Positions 46,412-56,181 of a stretch of DNA of 64,000 bases are shown piece after piece. Each line of letters opens with the position of its first letter. Positions within the stretch are counted from its first letter, which is position 1. The DNA is from Bdellovibrio sp. (lineage in GTDB: Bacteria > Bdellovibrionota > Bdellovibrionia > Bdellovibrionales > Bdellovibrionaceae). The DNA lies in assembly GCA_036676395.1 (NCBI GenBank), contig JAKFCY010000002.1, positions 1,792,001-1,856,000 on the forward strand. Direction: 5' to 3'. The notes beneath the pieces were generated by a model, which ran no database searches, was not told the DNA's origin, and worked only from the letters and a program-made list of their open reading frames with translations. The position numbers were made by a program, and so were the translations under genes.

Positions 46412-47911
46412 ATGAAAAAACTAATCCTTGGCTTAATCGTAATGTTAGCAGTTCAGTCAGTATTTGCTGACAAAATCGTTTTACTAGAAGGCACTAAAGA
46501 ATCTATCGAAGCCCGCAAAGATTTAATCTCATCTGCGCAAACTGAAATCCGCGCTCAGTATTACACTATTGAAAACGACGAAGTGGCCAACGGCGGTTTA
46601 GCAATTTTACGTGATTTAGCGATTTCTAAACCCAATGTAAAGATCAGAATCATCGTCGATTCTATGCATAACTTAATGTTACGCGAAACAATGGCTGCCT
46701 TTTTATCTGATAATCAAGGCAATGCATTAACAAATATCGAAATCAGAGAATACAACACCTTTAAAATCTATGCACCTTGGCGCTACACAAAACGTATGCA
46801 CGACAAAGGTTTAATTATTGATAATGATGTTTTAATTTCTGGTGGCAGAAATATCGCAAACGGCTATTTCGGAAAAGCTGATAAAGAAAATCCAACTCAC
46901 GCCGTTCTTGAAGACACTGATATTTTAGTTATGGAAAGCCGTGCAATTGACGAAGCAGCAACTTATTTTGATAACTTGTGGGCCTCTAAATTCGTTAAAG
47001 CCGTTGCTTTAGGTAAAATGTCGATCAGCAAACTTAAACCAGGCTCTTGCGAAGCCGAGCGCACGACGGATGAGACTGATCAAAATGTAAGATCATGTGA
47101 ATACTTTCGTAAACGCAATGAAGCTTTGGTTGGTAAACAACGTGCTGAACTTATTCAGCTAGCGATTGCTCACAAATCGACTTTAAATAAATCACAAGCC
47201 CTTGAAAAATGGTTATCAAACAAAGACGCTCTTAACGTAGGAAACATTGATTATATCTATGATAATCCAGTAGGACAAAAAAGTTCTCTTAAAAAACCAG
47301 AAGCGTTAGAAAATAACATCGCTAAACAACTTTACGCAGCCATAAAAACAGCACAAAAATCAGTAGTGATCATAACGCCATACCTTATTGTGACTCCTGA
47401 GCAAGAAGCTTTATTTGCTGAGTTACGTGCGCGTAAAGTAAAAGTGCGTATTTTCACTAACGGTAAAAATTCTAATGATGTACCTGCAGCTCACGTAGGT
47501 TATGAAAAAACTCGTAAAATCGCTCTTAAACTTGGGGTACAAATCTGGGAGTACAATGGACCAGATACACTACATGCTAAAATGGTTTTAATTGATCGCA
47601 ACAAAATGTTTATTGGTTCATTTAACTGGGATTTTAGATCACAAAATTTAAACCGCGAAGTCGGCATCATTGCTCAGCTAGAAGAAGGCAACCAAGTAAA
47701 TATTGATGAAACTGACGTTTTCGCAAAAGTAGCACGCATCTACGAACGTTCAACTCGCTTAGGCAATACTCGTAAATCGAATACTGACATCGGTGATGAA
47801 GGTGAATTTGACGATGATGATATGTCTAAATTGTCGAAACAAATTAGAAGTGGTAACAGAAACACTTTGTTTTGGGAAATCATCTACCCGTTAATCAAAA
47901 AACAATTGTAA
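46412..47911 (+). CDS. Secreted phospholipase D family protein
   Basis: Signal peptide; two HKD motifs (HDKGLIID…GGRN and HAKMVLID…GSFNWD). Confidence 0.9.
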   Translation: MKKLILGLIVMLAVQSVFADKIVLLEGTKESIEARKDLISSAQTEIRAQYYTIENDEVANGGLAILRDLAISKPNVKIRIIVDSMHNLMLRETMAAFLSDNQGNALTNIEIREYNTFKIYAPWRYTKRMHDKGLIIDNDVLISGGRNIANGYFGKADKENPTHAVLEDTDILVMESRAIDEAATYFDNLWASKFVKAVALGKMSISKLKPGSCEAERTTDETDQNVRSCEYFRKRNEALVGKQRAELIQLAIAHKSTLNKSQALEKWLSNKDALNVGNIDYIYDNPVGQKSSLKKPEALENNIAKQLYAAIKTAQKSVVIITPYLIVTPEQEALFAELRARKVKVRIFTNGKNSNDVPAAHVGYEKTRKIALKLGVQIWEYNGPDTLHAKMVLIDRNKMFIGSFNWDFRSQNLNREVGIIAQLEEGNQVNIDETDVFAKVARIYERSTRLGNTRKSNTDIGDEGEFDDDDMSKLSKQIRSGNRNTLFWEIIYPLIKKQL

Positions 47912-47942
47912 TTAACACTTTTAAGATTTGCAGGAGTTGTCG

Positions 47943-49424
47943 ATGAAAAAACTAATCTTACTTCTTATTACAGTACTGGCGGCGCAAGCTGCTTTTGCGG
48001 ATAAGATCGTATTTTTAGATGATCCAGATGACTCGTTAAAAGCCCGCGCCGAATTTATTTTAACTGCAGAGCAAGAAATCCGCGCCCAGTACTTCACGAT
48101 CGAAGACGATGAGGTTTCAGCTTCAGGTTTAAGTTTATTAGGTTACGCTGCAGCTCGCGGTGTAAAAGTGCGCATCATCGTAGATGCCATGCACAACTTA
48201 ATGTCTGATGCTAAACAAGCTGCTTTATTACTTAATCCAAATGTAGAAATTCGCGAATACAACAATTTTAAAATTTACGCTCCATTTCGCTATTCAAAAC
48301 GTATGCATGACAAAGCCTTAATCGTCGATCGCCATGCACTTATCTCTGGCGGAAGAAACGTGGCGAATGGATATTTTGGCCGAGCTTCAGATGATGACGA
48401 TGCTCCAAAACCAGTTTTAGAAGACACCGATGCTTTAGTTTTAGAAAGTTCTGCTATTGATGAAGCAGCCAATTATTTCGATAACTTATGGAATTCAAAA
48501 TTTGTCAAACCCGTTGATCTTGATCGAAAAGCAAAAAAGCACTTAGCCGAAGACGCCTGTAAAGAAGAAATATGGGTTGGCGAAGACAACTATCGAACTC
48601 AATACGACAACTGCGAATACGCCAGAAAACGTAATGTTAAAAAAGTCCAAGAAGCGATGTTAAGCTTAAACGCCGCTTATCAAAAAACAATTGCCGAACA
48701 CGGAATCCCCGCTAACAAACAAGTCGTTCTAGATACTTGGGATAAATTGGCCGTTCGCACTGGTAATATCGATTATATCTTTGATAACCCTGTTGGCCAA
48801 AGATCAAGTTTAGAAAAACCAGAAGCGTATCAAAACAACATCGCAAAACAACTTTACGGTGCCATTGCCCGCGCGCAAAAGCACGTCGTGATAGTGACAC
48901 CTTATTTCGTAGTCACTCCTGAGCAAGTTGAATTATTCAAAACCCTGCGCGCCCGTGGTGTTAAAGTTGAAGTGTTCACTAACGGCGTTAATTCAAACGA
49001 CGTTCCGGCAGCGCATGTAGGCTTCAAACGCACAGTACATTTAGCTGAAGCGCAAGGTGTACAAGTATGGCTATACAACGGACCAGACACTTTGCATGCG
49101 AAAATGGTTTTGATTGATAATCGTGTTTTATTTGTTGGTTCATTCAATTGGGATTTTAGATCGCAAAATTTAAACCGCGAAGTTGGCATCATCGCTGATA
49201 TCACAGCAGTTGAACAAACCAACCACCTACAAGTTGATATTCAAGATAAATTAGCCCGTATCATGGCGCGCTCGATGCCTCGTGGTGATGACAAGAAAAT
49301 GAATGCAAGAATTGGCCGTTTAAACGAAAATCAAATCAGAAAACTTGCTAGTATGATTCGCAATGCTCACGCTAACACTTGGTTATGGGAATTGTTTTTT
49401 CCGTTAATCAAAGAACAGTTATAG
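47943..49424 (+). CDS. Secreted phospholipase D family protein (tandem paralog)
   Basis: AGGAG RBS, signal peptide; HDKALIVD and HAKMVLID motifs; long identical blocks shared with the upstream gene. Confidence 0.9.
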   Translation: MKKLILLLITVLAAQAAFADKIVFLDDPDDSLKARAEFILTAEQEIRAQYFTIEDDEVSASGLSLLGYAAARGVKVRIIVDAMHNLMSDAKQAALLLNPNVEIREYNNFKIYAPFRYSKRMHDKALIVDRHALISGGRNVANGYFGRASDDDDAPKPVLEDTDALVLESSAIDEAANYFDNLWNSKFVKPVDLDRKAKKHLAEDACKEEIWVGEDNYRTQYDNCEYARKRNVKKVQEAMLSLNAAYQKTIAEHGIPANKQVVLDTWDKLAVRTGNIDYIFDNPVGQRSSLEKPEAYQNNIAKQLYGAIARAQKHVVIVTPYFVVTPEQVELFKTLRARGVKVEVFTNGVNSNDVPAAHVGFKRTVHLAEAQGVQVWLYNGPDTLHAKMVLIDNRVLFVGSFNWDFRSQNLNREVGIIADITAVEQTNHLQVDIQDKLARIMARSMPRGDDKKMNARIGRLNENQIRKLASMIRNAHANTWLWELFFPLIKEQL

Positions 49425-49429
49425 TCGAG

Positions 49430-49912
49430 CTACGCATCCTGCACATTCGTGCGAGTTATAAACACAAACTCACTATCAACGGGCCATTCCCAGTCATCGC
49501 TGGACCGGTAGCCTCGAAGCCACAATACTCCCTCTAAATTTCTTATATAAAATCCGGTGGGATATTCTTCATCTTGCTTGGGCTTTGCTGACGCAATATG
49601 AAGATACGGCCCCTCTGCCTGATCTAAGCATTCTAATCTTAGAAAGGCTGCTAGATTTAACGGACAAAGTTTTAAGCCCTTTGCTTCTGCAATTGCGACA
49701 ATATCTTTATAGTAACTAGGCTTCGTTAAGCCGAGCTCTAACGAATTAACTTTGACTAAATTAACCGTTTCAATTTTTTCACTGACTAAAAACTCTGGGT
49801 CAGCAAACAAAGTCTTTGCATAAGCATTAAATTGAATGCCTTGCTTAATTAGCTGATCTAACAGCTCTTCTTTGGTAATTCCGCCGAGGGTGATTGTTTT
49901 AAATATTTTCAT
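49430..49912 (-). CDS. Hypothetical protein
   Basis: 160-aa ORF with globular-looking sequence (GLKLCP, LWLRGY); no function recognised. Confidence 0.6.
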   Translation of the reverse strand: MKIFKTITLGGITKEELLDQLIKQGIQFNAYAKTLFADPEFLVSEKIETVNLVKVNSLELGLTKPSYYKDIVAIAEAKGLKLCPLNLAAFLRLECLDQAEGPYLHIASAKPKQDEEYPTGFYIRNLEGVLWLRGYRSSDDWEWPVDSEFVFITRTNVQDA

Positions 49913-49949
49913 AAAAAAAAAGCCCACATCCCTTATTGAGATGTGGGCT
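49913..49949 (-). terminator. Intrinsic terminator after the DHS-like gene
   Basis: AGCCCACATC-loop-GATGTGGGCT followed by a poly-U run on the minus strand. Confidence 0.8.
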
Positions 49950-49966
49950 CGAATAATTCCTAAAAA

Positions 49967-50938
49967 TTACTGACCTAGTACGTACGCAAACATCAACGGC
50001 GCACAGATAGATGCATCAGATTCAACGATGAACTTAGGAGTTGAAACACCAAGTTTACCCCAAGTGATTTTCTCATTAGGAACCGCACCAGAGTATGAAC
50101 CGTATGAAGTTGTAGAATCACTGATTTGGCAGAAGTAACCCCATAGTGGAACGTTATCTTGCTCTAAATCTTGGTCTAACATTGGAACAACACAAATTGG
50201 GAAGTCGCCAGCGATGCCGCCACCGATTTGAAAGAAACCGACATTTTGTTTTTTAGCTGCTAAGCCCATGTACCACTCAGCCCAATAAGTCATGTACTGG
50301 ATTCCACCTTTTACAGTGTGAACATTTTTAATGTTACCCTTCATCACGTGACCCGCAAAGATGTTACCAGTTGTTGAATCTTCCCAACCAGGAACTACCA
50401 TCGGAAGATTTTTTTCTGCCGCTGCTAATAACCAAGAATTTTTTGGATCGATTTGGTAGTGCTCTTTTAATTTACCGCTCAATAAAATTTTGTACATGTA
50501 CTCATGTGGAAAATAAGACTTACCTTCTTTATCAGCTTTAGCCCACTCCTCGTAAACTACTTTTTCGATACGACGAATTGCTTCTTCTTCAGGAATACAA
50601 GTGTCAGTCACACGGTTTAAGTGACGATCTAATAATTCTTGTTCTTGCTCTGGAGTTAAATCACGGTAGTTCGGGATACGAACGTAGTGATCATGTGCTA
50701 CTAAGTTATAAATATCTTCTTCTAAGTTTGCGCCTGTGCAAGAAATCGCGTGAACTTTTCCCTGACGGATCATTTCAGCTAAAGATAAACCTAATTCTGC
50801 AGAACTCATTGCACCCGCAAGAGTTACTAACATTTGGCCACCTTGATTGATGTGCGTTTTGTATCCAACCGCTGCGTCTCTTAAAGCTGCGGCATTGAAA
50901 TGTCTGAAATGATGATCGATAAAATTTGTAATAGTCAT
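49967..50938 (-). CDS. Deoxyhypusine synthase-like protein (probable polyamine/homospermidine-type synthase)
   Basis: LAGAMS, TGANLEED, IGGGIAGDF, SYSGAVPNEKITWGK. Confidence 0.9.
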   Translation of the reverse strand: MTITNFIDHHFRHFNAAALRDAAVGYKTHINQGGQMLVTLAGAMSSAELGLSLAEMIRQGKVHAISCTGANLEEDIYNLVAHDHYVRIPNYRDLTPEQEQELLDRHLNRVTDTCIPEEEAIRRIEKVVYEEWAKADKEGKSYFPHEYMYKILLSGKLKEHYQIDPKNSWLLAAAEKNLPMVVPGWEDSTTGNIFAGHVMKGNIKNVHTVKGGIQYMTYWAEWYMGLAAKKQNVGFFQIGGGIAGDFPICVVPMLDQDLEQDNVPLWGYFCQISDSTTSYGSYSGAVPNEKITWGKLGVSTPKFIVESDASICAPLMFAYVLGQ

Positions 50939-51116
50939 TTTATAAGACTCCGTTTTTGTAATTTTTAAGAGGTTGAAATTTAGCCTAGATCTTTCCACGA
51001 AGGAAGGGCTTTTTTCTCTTTTTTAAGTTTATACCAATGGTAAAGCGTCACACTAATGACCGTAAGACCTGCTAAGAAAACCATAGATGCGAATCCAAAG
51101 AAGATCACTAAGCTCA

Positions 51117-51995
51117 TTAGTTCACCGTTTCAGTCGTAGCTGCAGTTTGAGCCGCTAAGTTTTGCGCCATAATATCGCGAACAACCCATGAAGCCATCAC
51201 AAGACCAAAAGCTCCGGTTACAAAACTTGCTGTTCCGTAGATGACACTTCTGTGTAAACAAGAATGCGGATCGTATTCGCCTTGCGGGCAAACACATTTA
51301 AAGCCTTGGCCATTATCATAGTTTAATTCAATCGAAGGCATTGGCAATTCATCTGAATAAACACATTGAATTCCGAAAGCGCCACGGCCGCGTGGAAAGT
51401 TATACTCTTGGCGTAAAATTTTACGCATAGCATGCGCTAAAGGATCCACTTCTGTTTTTGCAAGATCAGCAATCTTAACGCGTGTTGGATCCATCTTCGC
51501 AGAGGCTCCGCATGAAGTGATCACTTTTAAATTTTGCGTGCGGCATTCATTCAATAAAAAAGTTTTAGCCGTGATGTTATCAATACAATCAACGATGTAA
51601 TCAGGCTTTTCACCTAGAATTTCAGCTGATGTGTCTTTGTTGTAGAACATAGCTTTTGCTATTACTTCAGCTTGCGGATTAATTTTACGAAGACGTTCAG
51701 CCATGATCTCGGCTTTTTTCTTACCGACAAGACCCTGAAGTGCATGTAGCTGACGGTTTGCATTCGTGATACAAATTTCATCGTGATCGATCAAAGTGAT
51801 TTTACCAACACCAGAACGTGCTAAAGATTCTGCAGCCCATGAGCCTACGCCACCAAGACCTAAAATCATCACGTGAGTGTTGAAAAGAGTTTTCATATTT
51901 TTATCACCCACAAGTCTGCCCATGCGGTCAAATCTGCGGTGTAAAACGTAATTAGTTTCTTGAATTTCGAAAGGCTTAGTTGGCTGAATTTCCAT
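51117..51995 (-). CDS. tcdA: tRNA threonylcarbamoyladenosine dehydratase (ThiF family)
   Basis: GLGGVGSWAAESLARSG, TNANRQLHAL, DCIDN, DPLA, GTASFVTGAFG. Confidence 0.88.
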   Translation of the reverse strand: MEIQPTKPFEIQETNYVLHRRFDRMGRLVGDKNMKTLFNTHVMILGLGGVGSWAAESLARSGVGKITLIDHDEICITNANRQLHALQGLVGKKKAEIMAERLRKINPQAEVIAKAMFYNKDTSAEILGEKPDYIVDCIDNITAKTFLLNECRTQNLKVITSCGASAKMDPTRVKIADLAKTEVDPLAHAMRKILRQEYNFPRGRGAFGIQCVYSDELPMPSIELNYDNGQGFKCVCPQGEYDPHSCLHRSVIYGTASFVTGAFGLVMASWVVRDIMAQNLAAQTAATTETVN

Positions 51996-52035
51996 AGGCG
52001 TTAGGAGTACCAAAGATCAGCGTAAGTTTAAAGTC

Positions 52036-52818
52036 TTAAGTGAAAAGCTTTCTGAAGTTTTCAGAGGTCTTTTCTAACACGGATTCAACGCTCAGCTGTT
52101 TGATATCTGCCACTGTTTTAGCCACATTTAGCACAGATAATGGGCTATTTTGCTGTTCAGGCCAGCCATCAGGAGCTTGATCAGGGCAATCGCTCTCTAA
52201 AAGAAGCTTTTCCAAAGGAATGCTAGCTACGGCTTCACGTAGTTTTTTGTTTTTTTCAAAGGTCACTGCCCCGCCAACTGAGATCAAAAAGTTCATTTTC
52301 ATATATTGCTGCGCCATTTCGATAGACGAATTAAAGGCATGCACCATTCCGCCGACCGAATCAGCCTCCCAAAGGAGTAAAACTTTTAGCGCTTCGTTAT
52401 GCGCGCGCACCACATGTAAAACCAACGGTTTTGAAAAAACTTTCGCCATCTGAACTTGGTTTTCAAAAAAAACAATTTGTCGGTCTTCAGCCCCGTTTTG
52501 AATATACTGTTCGCGAAAATCTAATCCGGTTTCACCTAAGCCTGAAGCCTGCGATAAAATTTTAGAAAGCTCATTCATCGCTTCTTCGCAGATTTCGTTC
52601 TCATTTTCAGCTACAAAATACGGATGCAATCCAAAAGCATTTTTAAAATTTTGCGGATACTGTTTTTGTAAAAGAATCTGCCGCCGCCACCCTTCAGGAT
52701 TTACACCGGCTTCCATAAATAAATTTAAATTATTTTTCAAAGAATCATACATCCAAGTTTGACGCTGCTCTTCGGTGACACGCAAATCTGTCCAGTGACC
52801 ATGACAGTCGCAATACAT
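52036..52818 (-). CDS. TatD family hydrolase
   Basis: DCHGH, GLHP, GETGLD, LHV, HAF, LESDCPD. Confidence 0.92.
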   Translation of the reverse strand: MYCDCHGHWTDLRVTEEQRQTWMYDSLKNNLNLFMEAGVNPEGWRRQILLQKQYPQNFKNAFGLHPYFVAENENEICEEAMNELSKILSQASGLGETGLDFREQYIQNGAEDRQIVFFENQVQMAKVFSKPLVLHVVRAHNEALKVLLLWEADSVGGMVHAFNSSIEMAQQYMKMNFLISVGGAVTFEKNKKLREAVASIPLEKLLLESDCPDQAPDGWPEQQNSPLSVLNVAKTVADIKQLSVESVLEKTSENFRKLFT

Positions 52819-52821
52819 AGA

Positions 52822-53307
52822 TTAAAAGCCTAATTTTTTCATAAGGTCATCGATTTCAGATTGCGCCTGAATCGAGCTTTGTTTACTAAACTGTTCAGAA
52901 ACCCAACGAAGGCGCTCGATGAAATTAGGGCTAATGACCTGTTTTAACTGATCCATTGGTAGCTCAATTTTTTTAATTAAAACACTTAATGCTTCAACTG
53001 CATCTAACAAAAGCGCCACCGTTACATCATACAATTTAGCATTGGTTTCAATTTCGGCCGCCTTATAGGCCACAGCTTTACATAATGAGGTGTAATCGGT
53101 GACTAAATTCAAACCATGGTCTGGTTCTGCCATCATCGCGATACTAGCAGAAGCTCCCATGATGCGATCGATTTTATTTCCAAAGACCTTTAGGTTTTCT
53201 TTTTGCGAAAAATCGCCTTCCATAGATTCAAGAAGATCTATTGATTCGACAATGATGGTGTTGGATTCTTTATAAAAATCATTTAGAATATCTACATCTA
53301 GTGACAT
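52822..53307 (-). CDS. Hpt/CheA-P1-like helical protein lacking the phospho-acceptor His
   Basis: DILNDFYKES…LESME…FGNKIDRIMGASA parallels 'FRxxHTIKGxA'; CheZ-like tail QSEIDDLMKKLGF. Confidence 0.55.
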   Translation of the reverse strand: MSLDVDILNDFYKESNTIIVESIDLLESMEGDFSQKENLKVFGNKIDRIMGASASIAMMAEPDHGLNLVTDYTSLCKAVAYKAAEIETNAKLYDVTVALLLDAVEALSVLIKKIELPMDQLKQVISPNFIERLRWVSEQFSKQSSIQAQSEIDDLMKKLGF

Positions 53308-53336
53308 ACTCTAGAAGTCTACCAAAAGAGAAAAGA

Positions 53337-54269
53337 ATGGCAAAGGATTACGTATCAATTAGAGTTAGCACCCTGCGCGGCGATCAAAAAATCGACTTTG
53401 ATGCGTATTTGAAAATAGATGAGAAATGGATTTTATACCTTCGCCAAGGGGATTCATTCGAAGGTAGCCGCCTGGACCGTTTAAAAACTAAAAAATTAAA
53501 AAAAATGTATATCGCCACAGATGATGAATCTAAATACCGTGATTACATGCAAAAAAATATTGAAATGGCCTACGATGATAAGTCTGGCAAAGACATCAAA
53601 ACCCGATCTGAAATTATTCAAGGGGTCCAACAAAATAGTGCTGAAGATGTTTTCGAAAAACCAGAAAATGCTGAAGCCTACAACTCTGCCAAAGATGCTT
53701 CTGCAAAATACGTGGATTTTTTAATTAAAAATAATGATGCTGTAAAATCTATTGTTGCTCTGCCTAATCTTGATCAAAGCATTGCCCATCACGGCGTTAC
53801 GGTCTCAACATTAGGTGTAGCTTTAGCTGAACAGTTAAAACTTTTTGATCCCAAACAACGCCAGCTTTTAGCACTGGGTGGCCTGCTTCATGACTTTGGT
53901 CACTTTGATTCTACATTAAATATCGCCCGCCCGATGAAAGATTTTTCTAAAGAAGAATTAGAAATTTACAAACGACATCCCATCGAAGGCGCGCAAAAAG
54001 TAAAAGATAAAAATCACATGGATTTAGCAGTGACAACGATCATCCATCAACATGAAGAAAAATGTGATGGTTCAGGCCCATTAGGCTTTCTAGAACCACA
54101 AATCGATCCTATGGCTTTAGTGATTGGCGCCTGCAATGCGATTGATCGTTCGATGACTTACGAAGGCAGTAGCCGCGACCAAGTTGTTAAGAAAATGTTA
54201 GTCGATGAACTTGGAAAATTTCCTCTCCAATACATTCAAACCCTGGGAACAATTCTCAAGACGATCTAG
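53337..54269 (+). CDS. Degenerate HD-GYP domain protein
   Basis: LHDFGH and HPIEG are kept, but QHEEKCDGSGPLG replaces HHExxDGxGYP and ACNAID replaces ADxYD. Confidence 0.85.
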   Translation: MAKDYVSIRVSTLRGDQKIDFDAYLKIDEKWILYLRQGDSFEGSRLDRLKTKKLKKMYIATDDESKYRDYMQKNIEMAYDDKSGKDIKTRSEIIQGVQQNSAEDVFEKPENAEAYNSAKDASAKYVDFLIKNNDAVKSIVALPNLDQSIAHHGVTVSTLGVALAEQLKLFDPKQRQLLALGGLLHDFGHFDSTLNIARPMKDFSKEELEIYKRHPIEGAQKVKDKNHMDLAVTTIIHQHEEKCDGSGPLGFLEPQIDPMALVIGACNAIDRSMTYEGSSRDQVVKKMLVDELGKFPLQYIQTLGTILKTI

Positions 54270-54315
54270 TTATAAACACAGCTAAACACACCAAACCTAG
54301 ACCAAAGTTATATCA

Positions 54316-54340
54316 TAAACTCCTGGTTAATTGCCGATAA
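54316..54340 (+). promoter_or_regulatory. Putative sigma28 promoter
   Basis: Perfect GCCGATAA at 54333-54340 with TAAA 13 nt upstream. Confidence 0.45.
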
Positions 54341-54381
54341 CATCTTGTGATTTATTAATAATATTACGGGAGTATTTTCGC

Positions 54382-55425
54382 ATGAAACCTTCTTCATTTG
54401 TTATGGGTTTTGAAATTAAAACTGTTCGTGGCCCGGTGTTAAAACCAGTGAGCCTTGAAATCTGGGACCAGCAATCACGCTTTGCTGAATTCACTCCGCA
54501 CGCGCCATTAAAGTTTATGAACGACTCGTTAGTGGGGTTACAATTTCAAAAATTAACGAATTATTTAAACGCTCCAAAACAAACTGAATTTATCAACCAT
54601 GCGATTGAAGAACTGTGCCCGTACTCAACCCTATTTTATTCATGTGCTGATCGTTTATTTTCAATTCAAAACAAGCTTAAACCTGTTGATGAAAAAACTA
54701 TTCAGGCTTTTGAACAACAGTGGTTTGCCTACTGGGATGCACAAGATTTCTCTAAAGGAATCAACTTTAATAAACTTGATCAAGCCTTCGATATGCTTTC
54801 AGAATTTGAAACGAAAATGAAGGCGCCATTGATGTACAATTTTACTTTGCAGTTTTCTAAAAAATTCAATGATCACTTGCTTGCGATGTACTCTTTCTTA
54901 TTCCATTTACGCTCATTAATTGCCTTAGATCACAATATTCATATCGATGATTCATCGTTTGAATCAGTTAAATGCGATTCAATTTCTGACTATTTACCAC
55001 GTGCAGATTTTACGACAAATGATGCTTTAGTTTACTGGCAATTTAAAAAACTAGCGACGCCGTTCGTGGGCCACAAAGATAAAGATGTGCGCATCGAAAA
55101 GCTTTTCGTAGAACCTATGCAAAGAGCCTTTGATCAGTACAACCACAACGCCTGCGCCCTGGTCGACCAATTACCTCAAGAATTACTTTCACATCATGCC
55201 AATGCAGATCTTGAACAAAACCTACACCAAATCCAAATGGACTGGTTATTAGGTTCTTCTGCAGGATTATTATTTCGCGTGCGTGAAGAGTTATTTGGCT
55301 TGCACCACGGATATGACAAAGTTTTCTGGCCAGAGGCTTCGAACCAAAAATCTAAAAAACCAACGCAATTTAAAGTTTGTTTTGAACTAACAGAAGCACA
55401 TCTTGGCGCAAAAAAAGCTGCTTAA
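54382..55425 (+). CDS. Hypothetical cytoplasmic protein
   Basis: GGGAG RBS; 347-aa ORF ending in KKAA; no family recognised. Confidence 0.75.
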   Translation: MKPSSFVMGFEIKTVRGPVLKPVSLEIWDQQSRFAEFTPHAPLKFMNDSLVGLQFQKLTNYLNAPKQTEFINHAIEELCPYSTLFYSCADRLFSIQNKLKPVDEKTIQAFEQQWFAYWDAQDFSKGINFNKLDQAFDMLSEFETKMKAPLMYNFTLQFSKKFNDHLLAMYSFLFHLRSLIALDHNIHIDDSSFESVKCDSISDYLPRADFTTNDALVYWQFKKLATPFVGHKDKDVRIEKLFVEPMQRAFDQYNHNACALVDQLPQELLSHHANADLEQNLHQIQMDWLLGSSAGLLFRVREELFGLHHGYDKVFWPEASNQKSKKPTQFKVCFELTEAHLGAKKAA

Positions 55426-55439
55426 ACCGCAGCTTTTTT
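55411..55439. terminator. Bidirectional terminator overlapping both convergent stop codons
   Basis: AAAAAAGCTGC-TTAAACC-GCAGCTTTTTT. Confidence 0.6.
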
Positions 55440-56105
55440 CGACGAACGCCATTTTGTGTAGAAATACACAACCAAGGCGATCGCGCACAGCCCCAGCACG
55501 ACAAATTTAAATTTACGTAACCCGTCTAAGATATCTTCACCATAATGAGCTAAAATTAAAATTTGAGTTGGCACTGAAATCAGGGCCGCGACGCCATCGA
55601 CTAAGGCAAATTTCCAAGCAGGAAACTTCACCATCCCGCACGCCAAATGCCCCGGAAAACGAATCCCTGGAGTAAATCTAAAAATTCCACAAGCCCAAGA
55701 CCCATATTTATGAGTCCACTGCTCGATCCTCATTCGACCTTCGCTAGAAATAACTCGCTTAACTGGCCCCCACTCAAAAACCCGTGAACCAAAAAAGCGG
55801 CCTATTCCATAAATTAAAAAGTCAGAACAAAACACCGCTAAAAAAGCGACCATTGCAGCAGTGGTTGGATGCACAAACGGAGCCCCAGGAAACGGCGGCG
55901 GAAACTTATCAGGATTAGCCCCCATGTAAGCCAAAATTCCCACAGAGACTAACGTGACTTCTTCAGGAAGTGGCAAGCCCACCGCAGACAATAACATCAT
56001 CGTGACCAAGAAAAAATAAATCCACCCCGGCTCATAAGCATATGGGGCTAAGCAAATTAACTTGTCTGCATTATCAAACAGACACTGCATGGTTTCTTGA
56101 ATCAT
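55422..56105 (-). CDS. DedA family membrane protein
   Basis: GLPLPEEVTL, SDFLIYGIGR, RFTPGIRF. Confidence 0.92.
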   Translation of the reverse strand: MIQETMQCLFDNADKLICLAPYAYEPGWIYFFLVTMMLLSAVGLPLPEEVTLVSVGILAYMGANPDKFPPPFPGAPFVHPTTAAMVAFLAVFCSDFLIYGIGRFFGSRVFEWGPVKRVISSEGRMRIEQWTHKYGSWACGIFRFTPGIRFPGHLACGMVKFPAWKFALVDGVAALISVPTQILILAHYGEDILDGLRKFKFVVLGLCAIALVVYFYTKWRSSKKAAV

Positions 56106-56181
56106 CCAACTATCATGAATCTAAAAGCATTAGTTGTTAAGGTCTTGAGTTAAATAGGTACAGTGTGCTATCTGAAAGGCC

